From Gemmatimonadota bacterium (GTDB lineage: Bacteria > Gemmatimonadota > Gemmatimonadetes > Gemmatimonadales > GWC2-71-9), in assembly GCA_022563595.1 (NCBI GenBank), contig JADFNB010000013.1, forward strand, positions 9,695 through 73,694: DNA of 64,000 bases, read 5' to 3'. Positions 54,513 to 64,000 of this stretch are shown here, piece after piece (position 1 is the stretch's first letter; each line of letters starts with the position of its first letter). The notes beneath the pieces were generated by a model, which had not been told where the DNA came from, ran no database searches, and saw nothing but the letters and a program-made list of their open reading frames with translations. The translations under genes were made by a program, and so were the position numbers.

Positions 54513-55516
54513 AGCGTAGGGACGAGGTCGTAGTTGGCGCGACGATCGTGGTGGCGCTGGCGGTGATCATCGTCGCGGCCCTGTGGCTCTCCGAAGCCGA
54601 GCTGGGCCGCGGCGGCACGATCCACGTCGCGCGATTCCGCACGGTGGGTGGGCTCGGCGTCGGCGACCCCGTCGTGCTGAGCGGTGTGCGGGTGGGGCGC
54701 GTTGCGGGAATCCGGCTCGGTGAGCGCAACTGGGTGGAAGCTGAACTTCAGGTGTACCGCGACGTCACGCTTCCCAGCAATCCCGCTGTCATCGCCGCCT
54801 CGGCCTCGTTCTTCGGCGAGTGGCAGGCCGGCATCATCAGTCTCGACCAACCGCCCGACGACCCGAAGGTTCGGCGTGACCTCGATGAGGCGCTCGCCGC
54901 CGCGGACGATGCCTGGCCGGGCGCTGCCCTGCCCGACATCGGGCAGCTCACCGCACAGGCAGGCCGGATCGCCCGTGACATCACGTTGGTCTCCTCGCGG
55001 GTGCAGGAGGCCTTCGACTCGACCGCCGTCCGGGCGCTGCAGCAGTCGATCCGCAATTTCGGACGCGTCGCCGACCGGATCGCCGAATTCACCGAGCAGC
55101 AGACCAATCTCCTCGGGGCGGTCGGCCAGCGACTCGAGCAAGGCTCCGACGTGCTGCACGACGCCGCCCTCAGTCTTCAGACATCTCTGGCGCGCATCGA
55201 CTCTGCCACCAACCAGGGCGAGCTGGAAAGCATCCTCGAGAACACCCAGGAAGCCTCCGGCTACATGCGTGATGCGACCCGGCGCTTCAGCGAGCTGATC
55301 GATGTGGCGCACGAGAACCAGGAAAGCATCGTGCGGGTGCTACAGGCCGCCGACTCGATCATGACCCGGATCCAGAACCGCTCCGGTACCCTGGGCATGC
55401 TGGTTGGCGATTCCACGCTTTACATCGAGACCATCCAGGCGGTCATCCAGCTGCGCACCCTGCTGGCGGACATCCAGGCCAACCCGCGCAAGTATTTCAA
55501 GTTCTCGGTGTTCTAG
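54509..55516 (+). CDS. mlaD: MlaD/MCE family protein
   Basis: An N-terminal TM segment is followed by the MCE domain ARFRTVGGLGVGDPVVLSGVRVGRV and a long helical C-terminus. The gene overlaps mlaF by 4 nt. Confidence 0.85.
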   Translation: MKRRDEVVVGATIVVALAVIIVAALWLSEAELGRGGTIHVARFRTVGGLGVGDPVVLSGVRVGRVAGIRLGERNWVEAELQVYRDVTLPSNPAVIAASASFFGEWQAGIISLDQPPDDPKVRRDLDEALAAADDAWPGAALPDIGQLTAQAGRIARDITLVSSRVQEAFDSTAVRALQQSIRNFGRVADRIAEFTEQQTNLLGAVGQRLEQGSDVLHDAALSLQTSLARIDSATNQGELESILENTQEASGYMRDATRRFSELIDVAHENQESIVRVLQAADSIMTRIQNRSGTLGMLVGDSTLYIETIQAVIQLRTLLADIQANPRKYFKFSVF

Positions 55517-55662
55517 ATGGAGGACCGCGGCGCGCGCAGGGAGACCAGCGCTGGTGGGATCGTCGCCCGATGCGCTCCCGGCGGACCCGAGACAGGAGTC
55601 AGCGACCTGCGGCGCGCCCAGGCTCGTGCCGAGCCGCTCTGTCGGGGCGAGAAGGGCGAGCC

Positions 55663-56433
55663 ATGCCCGTGATCCCGGTCGTTCTCGCAGACACCGAACT
55701 GCGCCAGGCGTTGCGGCGCGGGTTGCCGCGACGTGGCGTTCGGGTCATGAACTGCACCTCAGTGGATCGGGTGGCGGCGGTGATGCAACGCGAGTTGGTC
55801 GATGCGGTCATCGTCGATGTGCTGCGGGCCGATGCTGCGGGAACCTTCCGGCTGGCGGCCAGCTACCCCCGGATTCCGTTCTTCGCCCTGAGCGCCTTCC
55901 GGCCGGACGACGGCGCCATGATCGCGCACTGCCGGCGTGCGGGACTCCGTGGCGTGCTCGTCGATAGCGTAGACCGACCAGCCGCCGGTGAGCTGGTGGC
56001 CTCGCGCACGGCGAGCCGGGCACGGCGTGCGTCGCTGCGTGACGCGCCACGTCTGCTTCGCCTCACCGAGCCGATTCAACGTCGCGCGTGGGACGAGGTC
56101 TTCCACCGTGTGGGCGCGCCGACGACCACTAGCGATGTTGCCCGCGCGCTCAAACGAACCAGAGAGCACCTGTCACGCGAGTTTGCCGCAGGCGGCGCGC
56201 CAAACTTGAAGCGGGTGATCGATCTCGCCCGCGTAGTGACCGCCGCCGATCTCCTGGGGAACCCCGGCCACACCGTGCGCTCGGTCGCCCGCGTGCTGCG
56301 CTTCTCCTCGGCGAGCCATTTTGCCGGCGCGGCACACCGGATCGCCGGAACCACGCCGGTGGAGTTAGGCCGGTTGGGACCGCGGGGCGTATTCCTTCGC
56401 TTCCTCAAGGGGCGAACACGCAGTAGGATTTAG
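55663..56433 (+). CDS. AraC-family transcriptional regulator with a receiver-like N-terminal domain
   Basis: The N-terminus is MPVIPVVLADTELRQAL..AVIVDV. The C-terminal HTH regions are VARALKRTREHLSREF and SVARVLRFSSASHFAGAAHRIAGTTPVEL. Confidence 0.7.
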   Translation: MPVIPVVLADTELRQALRRGLPRRGVRVMNCTSVDRVAAVMQRELVDAVIVDVLRADAAGTFRLAASYPRIPFFALSAFRPDDGAMIAHCRRAGLRGVLVDSVDRPAAGELVASRTASRARRASLRDAPRLLRLTEPIQRRAWDEVFHRVGAPTTTSDVARALKRTREHLSREFAAGGAPNLKRVIDLARVVTAADLLGNPGHTVRSVARVLRFSSASHFAGAAHRIAGTTPVELGRLGPRGVFLRFLKGRTRSRI

Positions 56434-56473
56434 CAGGCCGTCCCGCAGGCGGCGCGGGTTGCAGGAGAGAGAC

Positions 56474-56493
56474 CTTGTGATAGTTTTCACAAG
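56474..56493. promoter_or_regulatory. perfect CRP/FNR-type palindrome CTTGTGA-N6-TCACAAG upstream of atpA
   Basis: The sequence cttgtgaTAGTTTtcacaag contains the TGTGA-N6-TCACA core at 56476-56491, ending about 45 nt before the atpA ATG. Confidence 0.55.
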
Positions 56494-56536
56494 CTTTTCG
56501 CGGTTCTTACACCATCACGCACACACGTAGGGGTTC

Positions 56537-58072
56537 ATGGCTACTGATTCGACGCTCCGTCCGGGCGAGTTGAAAGACGTTCTACTCAGGGAGATCGAGG
56601 CTGCCGATCTCGGGGCACTCGATGTACAAGAGGTTGGCACGGTCCTCGAAGTGAAGGATGGGACGGCCCGGGTGTACGGACTGGGTTCGGCCATGGCCAG
56701 CGAGATGCTCGAGTTCACCTCCTCGGAGACCGGGGAGACCATAGCGGGGCTGGCGCTGAACCTCGAGGAGGACAACGTCGGCGCCGTGATCTTGGGCGAC
56801 TTCCTCACGCTGCGCGAGGGCGATGAGGTGCGGCGGACGGGCCGCGTGTTGGAAGTGCCCGTCGGTCAGGCGATGGTGGGACGGGTCGTCGACGCGCTCG
56901 GGCGCCCGATCGACGGGCTCGGTCCCATCAAGACCGACAAGGCCTGGAAGGTCGAGTTCAAGGCGCCCGGCATCGTGGCGCGGCAGCCGGTGAAGGAGCC
57001 GCTCCAGACCGGCATCAAGGCCATCGATTCGATGATCCCAATCGGTCGGGGGCAACGCGAGCTGATAATCGGCGACCGCGGAACCGGCAAGACGGCGATC
57101 GCGATCGACACGATCATCAACCAGAAGGGCCAGGGCGTCATCTGCGTCTATGTGGCGATCGGGCAGAAGAACTCTACGGTGGCGGCGGTCGTGGAGCGCC
57201 TGAAGGAACGCGGGGCGATGGACTATACGATCGTCGTGTCCGCGAACGCCGCCGACCCGGCGCCGATGCTATACGTGGCGCCGTACAGCGGCTGTGCCAT
57301 GGCCGAGTACTTCATGTACGAGGAGAACCGGCACACGCTGTGCGTCTACGACGATCTCTCCAAGCAGGCGGTCGCCTACCGGCAGATCTCCCTCGTGCTG
57401 CGACGGCCGCCGGGGCGGGAGGCGTATCCCGGGGACGTGTTCTACCTCCATTCCCGGCTGCTGGAGCGCGCCGCAAAGCTGTCCGACGCCCAGGGCGGCG
57501 GGTCGCTCACCGCGCTGCCCGTGATCGAGACCCAGGCCGGTGACGTAGCGGCATACATTCCCACCAACGTCATCTCGATCACCGACGGACAGATCTTTCT
57601 GGAGACGGACCTGTTCTACTCGAACGTGCGTCCGGCGATCAACCCCGGTATCTCGGTGTCCCGCGTCGGGGGCAACGCACAGATCAAGGCCATGAAGCAG
57701 GTCGCCGGCCGGTTGCGGCTCGAGTACGCTCAGTACCGCGAGCTCGAGGCGTTCGCGCAGTTCGCCTCGGACCTGGACGCCGCGACCCAGCGACAGCTCT
57801 CCCGCGGCGAGCGGATCGTCGAGGTGCTCAAGCAGGCGCAGTATCACCCGCTCCCGGTCGAGCACCAGATCCTGATGATCTATGCCGTCACCAACGGGTA
57901 TCTGGACGACGTCGAGCCGGCTGACATCCAGAAGTGGGAGGAAGATTTCCTCGACTTCGTCGACGCCAACCGGGCCGACGTCGTATCGGCCATCCGGACG
58001 AAGCGGCAGCTCGACGACGATCTCACGGATCAGATCAAGCAGGCCATTGAGGCCTTCAAGGCGATCAGCTAG
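56537..58072 (+). CDS. atpA: F1 ATP synthase alpha subunit
   Basis: Walker A is GDRGTGKT and the full-length 511 aa sequence is conserved throughout. Confidence 0.95.
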   Translation: MATDSTLRPGELKDVLLREIEAADLGALDVQEVGTVLEVKDGTARVYGLGSAMASEMLEFTSSETGETIAGLALNLEEDNVGAVILGDFLTLREGDEVRRTGRVLEVPVGQAMVGRVVDALGRPIDGLGPIKTDKAWKVEFKAPGIVARQPVKEPLQTGIKAIDSMIPIGRGQRELIIGDRGTGKTAIAIDTIINQKGQGVICVYVAIGQKNSTVAAVVERLKERGAMDYTIVVSANAADPAPMLYVAPYSGCAMAEYFMYEENRHTLCVYDDLSKQAVAYRQISLVLRRPPGREAYPGDVFYLHSRLLERAAKLSDAQGGGSLTALPVIETQAGDVAAYIPTNVISITDGQIFLETDLFYSNVRPAINPGISVSRVGGNAQIKAMKQVAGRLRLEYAQYRELEAFAQFASDLDAATQRQLSRGERIVEVLKQAQYHPLPVEHQILMIYAVTNGYLDDVEPADIQKWEEDFLDFVDANRADVVSAIRTKRQLDDDLTDQIKQAIEAFKAIS

Positions 58073-60744
<2,672 letters not shown>

Positions 60745-60755
<11 letters not shown>

Positions 60756-61386
60756 GATCGCGGCGATCACCGTCTCGCTCGCGATGTCCGCCGCGGCCTC
60801 GAGCGCGGCTGCGCAGATCTTCACACCCTCGTTCAATGCGCCGTACCGGGCGTTCGCACAGCACGAGTTCGGCGGCACGATCAGCTTTCGTAGCGGCCGG
60901 CCTGGCCTCGGGGCGCTCGGCGGGGCCGACGCCACGGTGCTGGAGGGACAGTACCGTTTTGGCTACAAGACGTTCGATGTAGGTGGGCGGGGCGGATTGC
61001 TGCTGCGCGACGATCCGGGGAAGAACAGCGTCATCATAGGAGTGGAGGCGCGAACCCGCGTCATCACGCACACGGAGCAGTTCCCGCTGGACGGGGCCGT
61101 CATCTTCGGTGCCGGCCTCGATATCGGCGGCGGGACACGATTCATCGCCCCGATAGGGCTCTCGCTGGGTCGCCGGCTGACTCTGGAGGACTCGAACATC
61201 AGTATCATTCCCTACGTACAACCCACGGGGTACTTGGTCAGCTCGTCAGGGGGAATCACGGGCTTCGAGATCGGCGTAGGGTTCGGCGCAGATTTTCGGC
61301 TGAGTTCGCTGTTCGATGCGCGCATCAGCGTCGGGGTGGGTCATGGGCCCGAAGGCGTTTCAATCAGCGCCGTCTGGGTGCGCTAA
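60745..61386 (+). CDS. small outer-membrane beta-barrel protein (hypothetical)
   Basis: The signal peptide is MRHRIAAITVSLAMSAAASSAAAQ. Strands alternate along the sequence, and the C-terminus is ISAVWVR. The ATG overlaps the atpC 3' end by 11 nt. Confidence 0.6.
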
Positions 61387-61502
61387 ACAGATTCTTTAGT
61401 ATGGTTTAGGGTATTGAGCTGGCGGCAGGTGTTGCTTAGCCGTTAGTGCCCTTCATGGTCTCGGGGTTACAGGCCGGCGGGAGTTCCAATCTTCTTGGAG
61501 AC

Positions 61503-62243
61503 ATGCTCATGAGAGTATTCTCGCGTTGCGCGGCGGCTGCGTTCACGATCGGGCTGATTGTCGGTCCGGCCGCGGCCCAGATGGTAGGGAATCCAGTGTA
61601 TTTCTCCCCGAAGCACGGTACCGGAATCACGATAGCCGTTGATTTAGGTCGGGGGCTCAACGATGCGTCCTTCAAAACGAACTATTACGGAGGTCGCGCG
61701 ACGATTGGCCTACCGACGTTCACCATCAGCGCCGGCGCCGGCGTCGTCAAGCCCAGCGGCGTGTTCGACGTGCCCGGCACCGAGAGCGAGGTGACGTTCG
61801 GTGGGAACGTCGCGCTCAACGTGTTCAATCCCCCGCTGGCGCCGGTGGCTGTGAGCCTACAGGGGGGCGTCGGCTATGTGAAAACTACGGGCTCGGGGGT
61901 GGCTGGTGGTGACGTGACCACGCTGGTCTTCCCGCTCGGGGTCGCCCTGGCTTTCAGCGTTCCCTCACCGGCGCTGTCGGTCGAGCCGTGGATCGCGCCG
62001 CGGGTCCATATCGTCCGGACCTCCAACGGAACGTCCACCACCGAAACGAACTTCGGCGTTTCGGCTGGCCTGAACCTCGGGCTGCCAATGGGACTCGGGT
62101 TCCACGCCGCTATCGACTACGTCGCCGTCTCGGATCCCGATGATGCGGGTCCACTGTCGTCGTCAGACGTCTCGCCATTTCTGGTCGGAGTTGGTGTGCA
62201 CTATAGGATCGCGCTCCCTGGCCTCGGCATACCGGGCATGTAA
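61503..62243 (+). CDS. small outer-membrane beta-barrel protein (hypothetical)
   Basis: The signal peptide is M(LM)RVFSRCAAAAFTIGLIVGPAAAQ, and the strands are Gly-rich and alternating. The ATG at 61503 or 61509 follows GGAGA. Confidence 0.6.
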   Translation: MLMRVFSRCAAAAFTIGLIVGPAAAQMVGNPVYFSPKHGTGITIAVDLGRGLNDASFKTNYYGGRATIGLPTFTISAGAGVVKPSGVFDVPGTESEVTFGGNVALNVFNPPLAPVAVSLQGGVGYVKTTGSGVAGGDVTTLVFPLGVALAFSVPSPALSVEPWIAPRVHIVRTSNGTSTTETNFGVSAGLNLGLPMGLGFHAAIDYVAVSDPDDAGPLSSSDVSPFLVGVGVHYRIALPGLGIPGM

Positions 62244-62275
62244 GCCGTATCGCCGGCTGGCGAGGACAATCGCAC

Positions 62276-62305
62276 GGGGCGCTCCGGATTCTCCTGGAGC
62301 GCCCC
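62276..62305. terminator. 10-bp stem hairpin between convergent genes
   Basis: The arms are GGGGCGCTCC (62276-62285) and GGAGCGCCCC (62296-62305). Confidence 0.6.
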
Positions 62306-62316
62306 CGCCCCGTCGC

Positions 62317-63573
62317 TCACTGGAGGAGTACCTGTACCGCGGCGGCGTCGATCGACGCGGCGCCGGCGGACAGGGCACGGCGCGCGGCGAGGCCGGCGCG
62401 GCGGCGCGCGTCGCGGTCGTGAAGCCAGTGGCCGATCGCTTGCGTGAGCTGCGCGTGTGTTTGGGTGGAGACCGCCCCAGCGCCACCGATCAAAGCGGCA
62501 GCGTCGGCGTGGCGTTGCCACCGTGGCCCCACCACGATGGGCAGAGCGAACGCCGCCGGCTCGATCACTGAATGCAGGCCCCGCCGCCCGAACCCGCCCC
62601 CCACGTACGCGACGTCCGCGACGAGATAGAGATCGAACAGAATCCCCAGGGTGCGAACCAGCACGATTGGCTGGGTCGGTGGGGCGGGGGCGGCGTCGGA
62701 TGCGTCCCAGACCGCGTATGGGAGGCGGGCGTCGTCGAGCCGCCGCGCGAGCCGCCCGATCGTCTCGGAGCCGGGCCGATGCGGTACCAGGATGGCTCGG
62801 TAGGTAGTCCCACCCATGAGGGCCGCGAGCGACGCGATCAGGGGGCGCTCGCCTTCGGGCTCGATACTTCCGGCGACCAACACCGGTTCCCCGCCTTTCC
62901 ATGACGACAGGTGGCGAGCCACGGTCAGATCCACATCGCGCTCCAACGCGTAATCGTGCCGCGGGTCGCCGCTAACCCGCATCACCTGGGGCCGGACACC
63001 GAGTCGGTGCCAGCGTCCCGCGTCCTCGAGACTCACCGCGCCCAGGTAACCCACGCTTGCCGCCGCCCGTCGCAAGACAGCGCGCGCCGGCCAACGGAGC
63101 CGGCTGCTTCGCGCTGAGACGACCCCTCCCGTGACGGCGATCGGAATGCCCCGTGCCGCGGCCGCCGTGACCAGCTCGGGCCAAAGGTCGCCGCGGCTGA
63201 ACAACAGGAGCGCTGGCCGCACCGCATCGAGGACAGGTGCTACGTGGGCCGGCTCGTCGAGCGGTACGAAATCGGTGTGGTCGATCTCGGGGAACGACCA
63301 TGCTTGAACCGACGGCGACGAATGGCTGAGGACGAAGCGGGTTTCCGGGCGGGCTGTGTGGAGCCGCCGGATGACCGGGATGGCTGCCATGGCCTCGCCG
63401 ACCGACGCCGCATGGACCCAGATGATGTGCGGGGCCGGGCCCCCGTGCGCGGCCCACGCGACCCAGCGGCCGCGGGCAGCCTGGCGGCCGGCGACACTCT
63501 CGGCGAGCTTGCCCGTAGGGAGAGGCAGGCGATGAACGAGCCGGGCGGTCGCCCGGTACGCGGTCAGGTACAT
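62317..63573 (-). CDS. waaA: 3-deoxy-D-manno-octulosonic acid (Kdo) transferase
   Basis: The sequence reads IWVHAASVGEAMAAIPVIRRL, followed by a GT30-type C-terminal half with GGSF/GG-like VGGGFG. The length is 418 aa. Confidence 0.85.
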   Translation of the reverse strand: MYLTAYRATARLVHRLPLPTGKLAESVAGRQAARGRWVAWAAHGGPAPHIIWVHAASVGEAMAAIPVIRRLHTARPETRFVLSHSSPSVQAWSFPEIDHTDFVPLDEPAHVAPVLDAVRPALLLFSRGDLWPELVTAAAARGIPIAVTGGVVSARSSRLRWPARAVLRRAAASVGYLGAVSLEDAGRWHRLGVRPQVMRVSGDPRHDYALERDVDLTVARHLSSWKGGEPVLVAGSIEPEGERPLIASLAALMGGTTYRAILVPHRPGSETIGRLARRLDDARLPYAVWDASDAAPAPPTQPIVLVRTLGILFDLYLVADVAYVGGGFGRRGLHSVIEPAAFALPIVVGPRWQRHADAAALIGGAGAVSTQTHAQLTQAIGHWLHDRDARRRAGLAARRALSAGAASIDAAAVQVLLQ

Positions 63574-63699
63574 AGGGTTTCGAGGTGCTATTAGTTAGAT
63601 CGTCCGCGCCAGCTAATGCTTCTGCGCTTCAGATTGAGATGAGAAGGCCAAACGCGACACAGAAGAGCGCGTAACTCCAAGTGGCGTAGGCGCTTCTTC

Positions 63700-64000
63700 T
63701 TGCGGGAAACGGATTGTGGGAGGCGCGAGAACGATCGGCGATTGCCGATTTGCGATGGCAGATTTGCGATTGCCACAGTCGGAGCCGTCCATGTCTGCCA
63801 GATTCACTCCCCGGGTGTGCAAGACCGTCTCCTTGACTTCGCCACGGCGGTGTGCAGAGCTGTGACGCGCATGCCGCGCGACATGGTCGGGGTTCACGTC
63901 GGCCGATAACTCTTGCGGTCTGCGACGTCCCCGGCTGCGAACTACGCCGAGGCGCGTGGTGGGAGTCGACGATGACGGGCTCGAGCGCGAGTGCAGCGAG
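63700..64000 (+). pseudogene. possible degraded four-helix-bundle (23S rRNA IVS-type) protein gene with an in-frame TAA
   Basis: RLLDFATAVCRAVTRMPRDMVGVHVGR-TAA-LLRSATSPAANYAEARGG resembles the family pattern ...Q-L-x-R-S-x-T-S-x-x-A-N-Y-x-E-A. The stop sits where Gln is expected, and a second stop follows soon after. The window ends here. Confidence 0.35.

Overview
The window is a GC-rich (about 68-70%), densely coding chromosomal segment. The gene content suggests a diderm of the FCB group, probably Gemmatimonadota (inference from a Bacteroidota-type short sigma-70, a PorX-like REC-PglZ regulator, kinases starting LADRYRI-RELGRGGMATVYL, and Mla/Kdo/GT9 envelope genes). Most of it is housekeeping: tyrS, PBP1A, argR-argG-argH, tdh-kbl, a Cys-type formate dehydrogenase alpha subunit, rho-ruvX-mltG, thiE, aroH, mlaEFD, atpAGDC and waaA. 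There is also an array of seven tRNA genes. The features that ordinary annotation does not explain are listed here.
1. A promoter-equipped two-gene micro-operon (35689-36216) ends in a 63-aa stand-alone histidine-kinase DHp/H-box domain.
2. A likely decayed insertion (45539-47070) has a 32-codon Ser/Thr-kinase N-terminal relic, an acyltransferase-3 gene and a 42-nt tRNA-Arg 3' half.
3. A 153-bp palindromic element, tandemly duplicated, and GCGTCT hexamer arrays fill the tRNA spacers.
4. A dispersed GGAAGGATGG/CCATCCTTCG hairpin family occurs at several loci, and one copy appears to be read in frame inside atpG.
5. A perfect CRP/FNR-type palindrome lies upstream of an atpAGDC operon that lacks delta and F0 genes and has a truncated epsilon.
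6. Unusual fusions are present: patatin-ferredoxin, NYN-LOTUS-RGG, and a TPR/CsgG-like lipoprotein paired with a beta-barrel.
No CRISPR array, rRNA gene or intact mobile element was seen.
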